This document shows positions 49,801 through 58,725 of a DNA stretch of 64,000 bases, piece by piece. The stretch covers positions 11,244-75,243 of IMG/VR virus record IMGVR_UViG_3300017957_001843; one strand, 5' to 3'. How positions within the stretch are numbered: position 1 is the stretch's first letter; each line of letters starts with the position of its first letter. The translations under genes and the position numbers were made by a program. The DNA comes from a virus. Below the pieces are notes generated by a model. That model was given only the letters and a program-made list of their open reading frames with translations. It made no database searches and was not told the DNA's origin.

Positions 49801-50428
49801 TTGAAACGCCTTCTATGTTTTTAGAAAAAGGAAAGATTGCACTGTCTGTATTAGTTGCATTTATTCTATATTTTTGCGTTTGCACACCGTCAATATTTTG
49901 AGCCTTCAAGGGGTTGCCAATTGCATTGTTAGCAGGTAATGCAGCATTTAAGATTTTTATAAATTGTTCAAAATAGTTTTCATTAGTCTGATCGTTCCAT
50001 TTTATTACTCTGCCTGACAGTTGTGAACCTGCACTATCAGTTAAATTTTCACTAGTTTTAACTGTAGTAATTTTCAATAAACCCCTGGCTGGTTGATTTC
50101 TTCTAGGATTGTAAGAAAGCATACGTGCTAATCTTAGTATACTTTCACGTCTTTCTGCAGTTTCAAGGAAATTTTCTCTAGCATTTAGGTCTACACGGAA
50201 TGATAAGTTTTGCCCAAGGAAAGCAATCATATCAATTAGTGCAAGATATTCACTTGACTCAATATAATCATTAAAATCTTCTGGATAGTTTTGACGCAGA
50301 TAGTTAATCATTGTCCTGCGTAGGTTATCGAAATCATAGCTTTGGAAATCTGCATTCCTAAAACTTTGGTATATTTTTTTCCAGTCTTCAGCTACAAGTA
50401 ACCTAGACTGTCTTTCGCTTGAAGACAT
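46853..50428 (-). CDS. gp6: Baseplate wedge subunit, T4 gp6-like
   Basis: YDFDNLRRTMINYLR...DFNDYIESS...ENFLETAERRESILRLARMLSYNP; VFSDGVFG; QNRLITAEDY; follows the gp25-like gene. Confidence 0.8.
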   Translation of the reverse strand: MSSSERQSRLLVAEDWKKIYQSFRNADFQSYDFDNLRRTMINYLRQNYPEDFNDYIESSEYLALIDMIAFLGQNLSFRVDLNARENFLETAERRESILRLARMLSYNPRRNQPARGLLKITTVKTSENLTDSAGSQLSGRVIKWNDQTNENYFEQFIKILNAALPANNAIGNPLKAQNIDGVQTQKYRINATNTDSAIFPFSKNIEGVSTRFEVVSTDIQGDVIVEEPPVPGTSPAFLFRDDGQGAGSINTGFFMHFRQGNLDTGTFNVTNPTPNQIIAIDAENINNDDIWLYNTDSNGFETTPWTRLDNVEGNNVIYNSLFEGIRNVFAVTTRVGDRINLVFSDGVFGNLPAGNFKVFYRTSANKNMVVTPNGIGNVNIEIPYQGRAGNLEKLTIGLRLNYTVSNSTTTETNTSIKQNAPATYYTQNRLITAEDYNIGPLAISQDIIKTKSVNRISSGISRYFDLIDASGKYSNTSLFADDGVIYKEYYDSTSTFTFNTQTDIEGVIYNTIEGIIQSTNLRNFYYSEFPQIDTIDLSAIWKNEYQAINENTGNLVSQNDTTNRFKVSSFTSNNLRFLETGSMLKFKAPMQGQTQQYFLPNGTLTTNAEQFGASLYKWTKVSVVNNEGDSVVNTIGDISLTDVVNDNSQLVSIVAKFSKVLSDDLKIQIIDQTFSYKDFALRYDTTTREWKLVLAENVNSVNDFALGKSGDTTAANLDSSWLLNFTNDGEKYTITNRNQRYIFESANEIRFFFDAADKIYDPKTGKIIRDQIKILSINRQAASGEPYSKDYVWSISDAYRDAEGYVDTRKIQVQFFDLDDDGAVDNLDIFNDLVDENNNLIDIANKLVFQKKYTTSDGVEDFKFFANEITTAGTQEVKIVTNENAIGSYSTHVEGQVFYLVEEQVFKKLNKAAGNLTLSTDYKAFTGRSNLKFHYIHVADDNYRIDPSASNIIDTYLLTKNYDVEMRKFIKGAIDVMPLPTSNDVLTRSYGSSINAIKSISDEIVYHPVKYKILFGSKAKEDLQVNFKIVRNKNLVINENELKADIISAVDKFFELENWDFGETFYFQELSAYIMNTLSPKLQSILIVPKKETQSFGSLFEIKSEFDEIFISAAQVSDIQIIDEITATELQASGSVVTSVSTSTTSGIASANATSSTSSTTSTSSTTSTSSTTSTSSTTYTSSSNSGGSSY
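46891..46957. repeat. 18-bp tandem repeat (about 3.7 perfect copies) encoding a Ser/Thr-rich tail
   Basis: AAGTTGTACTACTGGTCG x3 plus AAGTTGTACTACT; encodes (SSTTST)n at the gp6 C-terminus. Confidence 0.95.
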
Positions 50429-50452
50429 AGCTTTTTCCTTGTTTATTAAAAA

Positions 50453-50459
50453 TATTTAT
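50453..50459 (-). promoter_or_regulatory. Late-type promoter (ATAAATA) for the gp6-like gene
   Basis: GATAAATA followed by an AAGGA RBS and the ATG at 50428. Confidence 0.55.
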
Positions 50460-50487
50460 CTGATCTAAAAAAGTGCGTATATAATTT

Positions 50488-50925
50488 TTACAGCAATCCG
50501 TTAGCTTGATCAAACTTAAATTTTAAGGATTCAGATATGTCATAGGGTATAAAAGTTACTTCGCATTCAACGCTAATGCCTTGTTCGTAAGTATCAACTA
50601 TAATTTGATTTGCTTGAAGTCTTTCATCATAATTTACAATATTTGTGACATTTTCTTGTATAGCTTCTTGTATTGCGGGAGTAAAAGGTTCATACAATAA
50701 ATCCCAAATAATGCATCCAAATGTCGGATCGGATAATTTTTCACCTTGTCGTATATGAAAGTGATTGATTAGATCTTGTTTGATAAGCTCAAAATCGTAT
50801 AGACTAAAACTTTTGTTGTCTGTAGCCAAAGTGCTAAAGCCCCTGTAAGCTCTGCCTTGTTTTGCAGTTCTATTAGGAGTTTTAACACTAACTCTTTTAT
50901 ATAGATTTTTTTCTAATTCGCTCAT
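50488..50925 (-). CDS. gp25: Baseplate wedge subunit, gp25/GPW family
   Basis: IKQDLINHFHIRQGEKLSDPTFGCIIWDLLYEP...IVNYDERL matches the GPW_gp25 pattern. Confidence 0.88.
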   Translation of the reverse strand: MSELEKNLYKRVSVKTPNRTAKQGRAYRGFSTLATDNKSFSLYDFELIKQDLINHFHIRQGEKLSDPTFGCIIWDLLYEPFTPAIQEAIQENVTNIVNYDERLQANQIIVDTYEQGISVECEVTFIPYDISESLKFKFDQANGLL

Positions 50926-50929
50926 ACTG

Positions 50930-50936
50930 TATTTAA
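50930..50936 (-). promoter_or_regulatory. Late-type promoter (TTAAATA) 4 nt upstream of the gp25 ATG; probably gives a leaderless mRNA
   Basis: TAGGTTAAATACAGTATG; no Shine-Dalgarno between the motif and the ATG. Confidence 0.5.
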
Positions 50937-50937
50937 C

Positions 50938-53733
50938 CTATTCAGCTGACCCCGGATCATTGTCATCATCGACTCCATCTGCATTAGGAGTACCATCAGC
51001 ATTTTGTGGTCCTGGTAAGTTTTGTTGATCTTCTGGCTGTACTACTGGATCCTCTAGATCGTTTCCTTGTTCTTCGTCAGGATGAGGATATTCTGTTTCG
51101 TCTCCATTCGACGGTCCTGCCGGTATAGTTCCGTTCCTTGGGAATGTAAAGGCTCCTCCTTCTTGTGTATGGGCACTGAAGTGCATAGCATCGTCTAAGC
51201 TAGTCCAGGCTCCGCCCCATCCTAATCCGTGCTTGTTTGCAATCTCAAGTGTGTTAGCAGGCATATCTGTAATAGGAGCATTTGGCGGACGAGGTCTAAA
51301 AAATCCATTTACGCCGCCGTCAACCGGATCTGGCCAGTTGATATCTATAGCGGCGCCGCTGGCGTGACAACTCCAACTTCTTCCTGCTCTAACAGATCTA
51401 TATGCATAGCCGCCAAGTTTTTTAATTTCATAACCTGTAGCTTCAAACTCATCAAGAAAATCTTGAAAATTCTTTTGGAAAACTTCTGCAACTTGACAAC
51501 TTAGTCCTGCTCTTCTAGCATATACTGTAACAAGTTTACCTTGTCCGTTAGGATCAAATTGTGCATCACTAGGTGGTGTCGAATTTGGATCATTGTTTAC
51601 TTGTCCGTCACCTGTTCCTCCACTAAAATCAGCACTTGATCCTGCTGAACCTGTTACAGATCTTGAACTATTACTTCGTGCTGTGTTTTTATTAAATGTA
51701 TCAGGACTTTCGTATCTTTCTGCAGGCACTAGTGTACCTGGCATTTCTCTATCTGTTTGTTCTTTTTTGAATGCCTGTGGATTTGTATTCTCGTGGTGCA
51801 TATAAGGCTCGTGTTGGGGAGACCTTGTAAGAATACTTTCGTAAGGAACAGGTTGTTGAGCGCCAGGAAACATATAAGGAAGCGTGATTGTAGTTAACGG
51901 TTCTATTGATAATGCATCTACAGGATCGCTTGCAAGAGTTGCATTTAATGCTGTTAATGCAATTATATGATCGTCACCTTCGGTTGCAGACGAACTATTT
52001 CCACTGTTCCAATGTATGTCAGTAGCATCTCCTGTTATTCTTGTAGCACCTTGTATGTTTACTGTGCCGCCTAATGCATTGTGAAAAGTATCTGTTCCAG
52101 CAATTAAGTTGTGTGCAGTTCCTGCTTCTTGGAACATTTCAGCTGCACTTATTAAAGTCATACGAGCTTCGGTTTCGTTAACAAAATTACCTGTTACTTT
52201 TAAACTTAAATCTCCTTCAATAACTTTATGATCCCATCCTGTAATTACACCATCCATATTACCATTAATACGGAATCTACAATCTCCACTATCCACTCCT
52301 TCACCAGTAGTTGATAGATTATAACTAGCAGATTTATCATATCTTATACCAACAGTTAAATCGTGCATATTAACGCCAGCATAACGAAATGTACTTGCGC
52401 CACTTTTTTGGTGCATTGTAGCGTCAGCTTTTATTCTAATATTTCTATTACTATGTAAACCGTAATCACCTTTTACTGTAGTTTTCTTTCCTAATCCTAC
52501 AGTTGTGTCCGATTCTCCGGTAACTGTAAGTCTATAATCTTTTCCAACGTGAATTTTTGTGTCAAACATACTTTCAAGATGTATTCTGCCACTTTCTTTA
52601 GAATCAAAATATTGCTGCTCATCGCTCCATCTTGCAGTTGCTTTCATATTAATATTTCTGCCAGCTTCGATATTGAAGTCTCTTTCTGCTGTAAAGTTAA
52701 TGTCATTATCAGACATTACACTTATACTATCCTGTGCGTGAATATCAATTTTACCATCGGATGTTAATTCAATCCAGGCAGTGCCTCTGCTGTTTGCAAT
52801 ATAGATTAAATCTTCTGAATTGTGTAATAGTATTTGATGTCCGGTGCGTGTTCTAAACCGTAGTAATTCGTTATGGGGAATAGTTTCGTCGCCGCCTTTT
52901 TCACCATTTAATCTGTTATAATACAGTGGCGGGCCGTCTTCAGCGTGGGTTGCTCGTACTAGTTTATCATTGCCGTCATCCATTACAAAACTAGAACCAC
53001 CTAATCTGCTGTATGGTACATTTGATTTTTTACCTGTAGGTCCTACATCTACTCTAGGAGCACCTTGTCTTTTATCTTGGGGTCCTGGTGTGCTAATACC
53101 GAAAACACCACTCGGTATTTCTCTCCTTGCACTAGTAGACGTTGTTCCTCTTGTTTCATCAAAAATAAGTCCTTGTATTTCTAATATATTTGAGAAATCT
53201 TTGTTATAAGGTTTATTAAATAATGTAGGATCTATAAGTTCGCCTGTTTCTATTTTTTTATTGTATTCACCTACTGGTAATTTTGCACCTTTCAACGGCT
53301 GTGGTGTAACTTCAGTTGTAAGGGTTGTAGACGCTCTTCCATCAGGAACCATAAAATTCATATAATCGTCTTGTATACAACCAATCCAATACCCAAAGTT
53401 TGCATTGCCTTCAGCAAATATAACCAAAACTCTTGTTCCGATATCTGGTGGGACTGCCCACCACCCGTAACTTTTTTGTGTGTTTTGATATCCGTCTTCT
53501 TCTTTTAAACCGAATACAGGTGTTACTCCGTAAAAAGGTGAGAGATATTTTACGTTAAGTAATTGTCCACTTCTTTGGGGAGTTCCGCCGGCACCTGTAT
53601 AGCGTATTAATTCTACTTCAAGTGTGCCCATATATTTGGTGTCAAGGTGATTTGTTACAATAGCTTCATATGGTCCACTATCATAAACACCTGTAAATTC
53701 ATTTGAAGTTCTTGTATAATTTCCTGACATCAA
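50938..53733 (-). CDS. Baseplate central spike, gp5/VgrG-like, with C-terminal M15-family zinc peptidase
   Basis: OB-fold-like VPPDIGTRVLVIFAEG..NFGYWIG; RTRTGHQILLH and beta-helix repeats; C-terminal SCHASGAAIDIN...GLGWGGAW...DAMHF (about 51170-51545). Confidence 0.82.
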   Translation of the reverse strand: MMSGNYTRTSNEFTGVYDSGPYEAIVTNHLDTKYMGTLEVELIRYTGAGGTPQRSGQLLNVKYLSPFYGVTPVFGLKEEDGYQNTQKSYGWWAVPPDIGTRVLVIFAEGNANFGYWIGCIQDDYMNFMVPDGRASTTLTTEVTPQPLKGAKLPVGEYNKKIETGELIDPTLFNKPYNKDFSNILEIQGLIFDETRGTTSTSARREIPSGVFGISTPGPQDKRQGAPRVDVGPTGKKSNVPYSRLGGSSFVMDDGNDKLVRATHAEDGPPLYYNRLNGEKGGDETIPHNELLRFRTRTGHQILLHNSEDLIYIANSRGTAWIELTSDGKIDIHAQDSISVMSDNDINFTAERDFNIEAGRNINMKATARWSDEQQYFDSKESGRIHLESMFDTKIHVGKDYRLTVTGESDTTVGLGKKTTVKGDYGLHSNRNIRIKADATMHQKSGASTFRYAGVNMHDLTVGIRYDKSASYNLSTTGEGVDSGDCRFRINGNMDGVITGWDHKVIEGDLSLKVTGNFVNETEARMTLISAAEMFQEAGTAHNLIAGTDTFHNALGGTVNIQGATRITGDATDIHWNSGNSSSATEGDDHIIALTALNATLASDPVDALSIEPLTTITLPYMFPGAQQPVPYESILTRSPQHEPYMHHENTNPQAFKKEQTDREMPGTLVPAERYESPDTFNKNTARSNSSRSVTGSAGSSADFSGGTGDGQVNNDPNSTPPSDAQFDPNGQGKLVTVYARRAGLSCQVAEVFQKNFQDFLDEFEATGYEIKKLGGYAYRSVRAGRSWSCHASGAAIDINWPDPVDGGVNGFFRPRPPNAPITDMPANTLEIANKHGLGWGGAWTSLDDAMHFSAHTQEGGAFTFPRNGTIPAGPSNGDETEYPHPDEEQGNDLEDPVVQPEDQQNLPGPQNADGTPNADGVDDDNDPGSAE

Positions 53734-55052
53734 TCTCTCTTAATTACGACCCATTGATTTCCTTGCTGTTCTACATCGAGTCTAGCGTTTGGATCTTTGG
53801 TTTTTTTGTATATTTTAGCTGCATTCAATGCAAGTTTTCTATTAGAGTATTTTTTACTAAAAGTACTTGTAGACCAACTCTTTTCCTCTCCGTTTGTATT
53901 TCCTTCTGGTAGGTTGACAACTGTAGTTACCGACACAGGTTCAGGACACGGCGTTTGAGTGGGCGCAGGTGGTGGAGGTGGCGGAGCATTCCCTTCTAGT
54001 GCCTGTGTTTCAGCAGTAGGTGTATTACCTTCTATAACTTCACCCTCGGCACCTGCGTTGAATTGGTCAGTAGATTCTGTTGTATCACTCGGAGTAGTTC
54101 CTGGTAATTGATTCCTACCTCTAGGATCTGTAGCATCAGGATCTGTGCCGGGTGGTACTACTCCTTCGTTAGTACCACCAACATTTGACTGCCCAATATT
54201 AGTCTCTGTATGCGGAGTAGCTGCTGCTGCTCCTGTGCCGTGGACTAATAAATCTTTTACTTTTGTTCCTGTTCTAAAATCATATCTATCATCTAGTGGA
54301 TCTGTAGGTTCATAGACATATACAACACTTGCAGTTGGTAATTCTGATGCAGGCATAGGCTGTGATCCCGGCCTACCTTGTCCTGATACAGCACCTACAC
54401 TTGTCCCAGCTGCTGCTCTGCCAACTTGCGTTCTTGCACTTGTTCCAGTTTCAGGTAAGGCACCGCTAGGTCCGTCTGAATTTACATCAACTTGTGTAGT
54501 TTCGCCAGGCTCGCCTGTTCTTATTTCTTCTAATTCTTGAAACAATGAATCAGGATCGTGATTAGCACGATTGAGTCCGTCGCCAGCATAATAACTTTGT
54601 CCTTTTTCAACAATTCTAGATTGGCCTTGTAATCTATAAGGTACAGGCATACTTGCAAATTCTTGTGCAAGTTTGATCATAAATCTATCAGTAGAATATG
54701 TACCAGCAAGCCATTCCTCTAATTTTCTATATCTTTTTAAGATACCTATAATTAATGCATCTTGTACATCAGGTGTATAGCGTGTTGTAAGAGGATCTAT
54801 TCCTAATATATCAATCGCACCCCTTAAAGTCCTTTTAATAAATTGATATCTACCGCAAGCACTTGACCTAAATCCGGTATCTATCCTTTGCTGTTGAAAA
54901 CGTTGTACTTCTGCGCAGGTCATTTGTACTAATAACGGTTCTGTTGATCCTGGCCATAAACTTGTGTAGGGATCTGCTCCAGCAACTGCTTCTCCTTTTG
55001 CTATTAAATCTAATAATAATTTTTCTTGATTAGTTATAGAAACAACTGGCAT
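53730..55052 (-). CDS. Virion-associated lysozyme-fold enzyme (lambda R/GH104-like) with long low-complexity C-terminus
   Basis: LLDLIAKGE (putative catalytic Glu), SSACGRYQFIKRTL, PDVQDAL, LAQEFASMP. Confidence 0.8.
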   Translation of the reverse strand: MPVVSITNQEKLLLDLIAKGEAVAGADPYTSLWPGSTEPLLVQMTCAEVQRFQQQRIDTGFRSSACGRYQFIKRTLRGAIDILGIDPLTTRYTPDVQDALIIGILKRYRKLEEWLAGTYSTDRFMIKLAQEFASMPVPYRLQGQSRIVEKGQSYYAGDGLNRANHDPDSLFQELEEIRTGEPGETTQVDVNSDGPSGALPETGTSARTQVGRAAAGTSVGAVSGQGRPGSQPMPASELPTASVVYVYEPTDPLDDRYDFRTGTKVKDLLVHGTGAAAATPHTETNIGQSNVGGTNEGVVPPGTDPDATDPRGRNQLPGTTPSDTTESTDQFNAGAEGEVIEGNTPTAETQALEGNAPPPPPPAPTQTPCPEPVSVTTVVNLPEGNTNGEEKSWSTSTFSKKYSNRKLALNAAKIYKKTKDPNARLDVEQQGNQWVVIKRD

Positions 55053-58000
55053 TTATACTCCTCCGTTGCCGCCAGGGCCTGAAGGTCTATTTTGTACTAC
55101 AATTTTGTCTTCTGCTTGATTTCTTTGTTCTGCTCTACGCTGTGCAGCAAGTCCTATTGGGCCTACACTCACTGTTTCTCCTCCAGAAAAATCATCGCTC
55201 ATTTTAGATGACTTAGGAGCACTACCAAAAACATTCTGATTAGGTGTCCAAGCAAAGTCTCCTACTTGCACTACAGGTTGACTAAACACAACATCATCTC
55301 CTGCCGTGGTAGATTTATCATTAAAAATACCCATTGCTATCAAAGCCTGATCTTCTTGTGTAGTTGGTACTCTTGACAATGCTGCAACAGCACCTGCTAA
55401 ATCAACAGGTTCTGTTGTTTGACAAGGATCCGATGCTCCAGAGGTACTGTTTACTGAGTTATTTGCGGCTGCACCGCTGCCGCTACCGGATGCCCCTAAA
55501 GTTTCATCTGTTGTTTCTTTGATATTTTTCTCTTCGCTCGGTGTAATAGGATTGCTTCCGCCTGATGGCTCGTCATCTTGTCCTCTACGCCTAATCATTT
55601 TAAGTAATTGTCTAAATTGTCCATTAGAAAATGTATTTGTAACAGCCCATATACTGTATAATCCGCTAAATTGAGGCACATTTTGTGGAAATTCCATAGT
55701 TGCGCCTTCAACCTGATAGTCAAATGGCGTTTTGAAATTTACAACACAAAACACTTCATTTTGAGCATAGTTCATTGTTTGTTCTGCAAGTACATTTGGA
55801 TTATCTGTTGCAGTCCCTAAAAAGTTTCCTGTTTGTTGTGGCAGGAAGAACGGATCTCCCCAAATTTCCATTTCAGCTGTAACCATATCTGCAGGAGAAT
55901 TTATTAATGTGTTGTGGAATTGTACTGCAATACGTTGTTTGATATCGCCGCCTATTCCGTTACCGTTATGTCTAAATGCATTTGTTTCTGAAATTTGTGC
56001 ACCTGGTTCTCTTTTTGCACCGCCTTCCACTTCAACTTCACTTCCTCTTATTGTATCTGTATTTTGTAAAGTGGTTCTATTTGCTCCGTCAAGTGCAGTT
56101 GTTGCGCTATTTTGACCGTAGTTAGCAAAAGCACTTAAGAAAAATGCATTATTAAAAGTTATATCAAAGTTAAGTACATCTTCATTTTTACCAGTATAAA
56201 AATAATTGTATTCTTTAGGCGCAAGATCTTTTAGGCCTTGTGTATTTTTCGGACTTTGCGTTGCGCCTAAAAACTTTGCTTCGTCTGTATAATAAGGCAA
56301 GACACTATAGACGTAAATTTTAGGTGCTCTTCCTCTTTGTGCTGTTGCTGATGGATTTTTATCAATAAAAACCTGGGTGTCTATTTTGAACCATTTCCTA
56401 GTTCCATTTTCGCTTTCTTCTGTTGCTCTTTCTTTACAATACTCGCTATCAAGTAAAACAGAGGTTATAATATCTTCTATTTTTTTGCCTTGTTCAAATT
56501 GATAGCTTCTGCCCTTTTCTGCAGGTTTTGCTTCATTAGATGCAATATCTACAATATCTAGTTCGTCTTGATATGAGGCTTCGTTTTCTGCTTGAGGTTG
56601 ATCTCCGGGTGCAGTTGTATCTATTACAAGATCACTTAATCCGATATCATTCATACTTCCGGTATCGCTTGCAAACGCTTTAATTGTATTAAAAAGTTGG
56701 CTAGAAGATTGCACACTATTATCCTCGATACCTTCTTGTTTTATTTCTGTGCTTCTGTCAGTTTCTGGACTAGCAATACCTTTTTCTCTGCGTTGTTGCT
56801 CAGGAGCATCAATTGTAAGTGATCCGCCTCCACCAGCCGAACCTGCATTAACTACATTTACTAATGCATCAGGAGTTTTTGGAAATGCAATTATATACCT
56901 ATCTTCTGCAATAACAGAACCTGCTTGCTCTAATTCTTGCACACGTTCATTAAACACTGCCTGTACGCTTTTTTCATCACCATTTAATATTTCGTGTACT
57001 TTTTGTCCTACAGCATTAATAGTTGCTTTGGATTCTTGAATCTTGTCGTCAAGGCCTGTTTCGCTCATAGGAACTGCATTAACTGAATATACTGCTCCTT
57101 TTCCTGTTACAGTAAAATCAATTTTTGTTATTAATATAGGTATATAAATTGGTTGTGTAAAACTTCCGGCTGCTGTGCCATATTCGTCCCAACCTACAAA
57201 ATCAATTTTCAAACAAAAAGGTGCATCAGTATAATTTGCGTATCCTGTTTCTGCGCTTATGCCTATAACTGCTTCTATAAATTGCCCCATTGAATAGGGT
57301 TCTACAACTTCAAAACTCAATGTCGTGCCTAAAGACACATTTGTTTTTTTATTCGGTGCAATTACAGCATCTAATTCTAAGTTTTCTATATAATACTCTG
57401 CATCTTCGTCGCCCTCAAGATATGTTTTATATCTTTTAGTAAGATTTCCACCGGCGGATTTGAGAATATATTTTTTTGTAAAATCTCCATTTCTATAACT
57501 TGAAGGAAAATTAAATTCATTATCATCTAAGATTCCTAGTGTTATAATATAATTCCAACTTATTGCTTCTCTCAATGGATTTGGTAGTTTACTAGCTGCC
57601 TTTCCTGAATTAGACGGACTTGTTACTCCTGACCCTGACACAAGTGCAGGATCCCAAGGAGTACTGTAATTTAAATTAAGAAAATTATCAAAAGGAGTTG
57701 TACTAGCAAACTCAGTTGCAAGTTGACGTAATCTATCAAACTCGCCGCCTACAGCACCTACTATTTCTCCAATATCTTTAGGTATAACAGTTACAACATT
57801 TTTAACCAGGCTTGAAAAATCTCCAAAGCTTCCTACAAGAGTGTTTAATCCTGCAATATCAAATCCGCTTAGTACAGATACTTTACTTTGTATAGAAGTA
57901 ACATCAGATCCAAATTGACCGCTAACTTTGCTTAGTGTTCCAGACACACTTGCTAGATCACCTAATCCACTTTGTGCCAAGGATTGTCCTTTGCTGAAGC

Positions 58001-58424
58001 CTGCACTTAATTCCGAATTAAAATCAATGCTGCCCCTTTGGGAAACACCTGCAATAGAATCAGCAATCAATCCTGCTGCTGCGGCTACATTTCCTGCTTG
58101 TCCTGGAGAGCTTACTAAGCTATCAAGTTTGCCGGGACTAAAAACATCTAATTGTCCTCTTTGTGCAAAACTTTTTGCTTGGCTAAATGCAGATGCTGCA
58201 TCAAGAGAACCTACTCCTTTTGAAATAAGATTTTGTGAATTATTAGGAAGTCCATTTGATAAATCTCCTACTGCTTCTCTAATGTTTAATGAAGCTTGCG
58301 TGACTTCGCCGACCTTGCCCGGTAATGCACTTGGAATAGCCGCTCTAGTAATAGAATTAACACTAGACACAGCTTGAGAAGCTTGCGAGACTGATTTTAC
58401 AATTTTAGAAAAATTTAAAGCCAT
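55053..58424 (-). CDS. Putative baseplate hub protein (gp27/gpD-like) with N-terminal low-complexity extension
   Basis: Position between the LysM-like and lysozyme/spike genes; FEVVEPYS, EIWGDPFFL, FSGLY.I.AV...FS.GQF.Q.L motifs. Confidence 0.55.
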   Translation of the reverse strand: MALNFSKIVKSVSQASQAVSSVNSITRAAIPSALPGKVGEVTQASLNIREAVGDLSNGLPNNSQNLISKGVGSLDAASAFSQAKSFAQRGQLDVFSPGKLDSLVSSPGQAGNVAAAAGLIADSIAGVSQRGSIDFNSELSAGFSKGQSLAQSGLGDLASVSGTLSKVSGQFGSDVTSIQSKVSVLSGFDIAGLNTLVGSFGDFSSLVKNVVTVIPKDIGEIVGAVGGEFDRLRQLATEFASTTPFDNFLNLNYSTPWDPALVSGSGVTSPSNSGKAASKLPNPLREAISWNYIITLGILDDNEFNFPSSYRNGDFTKKYILKSAGGNLTKRYKTYLEGDEDAEYYIENLELDAVIAPNKKTNVSLGTTLSFEVVEPYSMGQFIEAVIGISAETGYANYTDAPFCLKIDFVGWDEYGTAAGSFTQPIYIPILITKIDFTVTGKGAVYSVNAVPMSETGLDDKIQESKATINAVGQKVHEILNGDEKSVQAVFNERVQELEQAGSVIAEDRYIIAFPKTPDALVNVVNAGSAGGGGSLTIDAPEQQRREKGIASPETDRSTEIKQEGIEDNSVQSSSQLFNTIKAFASDTGSMNDIGLSDLVIDTTAPGDQPQAENEASYQDELDIVDIASNEAKPAEKGRSYQFEQGKKIEDIITSVLLDSEYCKERATEESENGTRKWFKIDTQVFIDKNPSATAQRGRAPKIYVYSVLPYYTDEAKFLGATQSPKNTQGLKDLAPKEYNYFYTGKNEDVLNFDITFNNAFFLSAFANYGQNSATTALDGANRTTLQNTDTIRGSEVEVEGGAKREPGAQISETNAFRHNGNGIGGDIKQRIAVQFHNTLINSPADMVTAEMEIWGDPFFLPQQTGNFLGTATDNPNVLAEQTMNYAQNEVFCVVNFKTPFDYQVEGATMEFPQNVPQFSGLYSIWAVTNTFSNGQFRQLLKMIRRRGQDDEPSGGSNPITPSEEKNIKETTDETLGASGSGSGAAANNSVNSTSGASDPCQTTEPVDLAGAVAALSRVPTTQEDQALIAMGIFNDKSTTAGDDVVFSQPVVQVGDFAWTPNQNVFGSAPKSSKMSDDFSGGETVSVGPIGLAAQRRAEQRNQAEDKIVVQNRPSGPGGNGGV

Positions 58425-58425
58425 A

Positions 58426-58725
58426 TTAAACGCCTAACACTGATTGTAAATTTTTGCCCTGTGGTAGATAAATTTTTGTTCCTGCAACAAAATCAAATAC
58501 AGGATCTTTTAAAACATCCGGATTACGCTGTGCAAATATCCACCATAATTCTTTTTTACCATATAAATCATTTGCTAACAAATCTGGTCTAAAATTATAT
58601 GCAGGTAGTATTTCGTAAAGTGTATCATCGCCTGCTACAGGAACAGGACGAGGTACAAAAATGTCTAAATAACCATTTGAATTTACTTTTGTTCTTCCAT
58701 ATGGACCAAAATTATTGCCAGCCAT
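58426..58725 (-). CDS. LysM-like baseplate wedge protein (gp53/tail X-like)
   Basis: RPDLLANDLYGKKELWWIFAQRNP...GTKIYLP. Confidence 0.8.
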   Translation of the reverse strand: MAGNNFGPYGRTKVNSNGYLDIFVPRPVPVAGDDTLYEILPAYNFRPDLLANDLYGKKELWWIFAQRNPDVLKDPVFDFVAGTKIYLPQGKNLQSVLGV

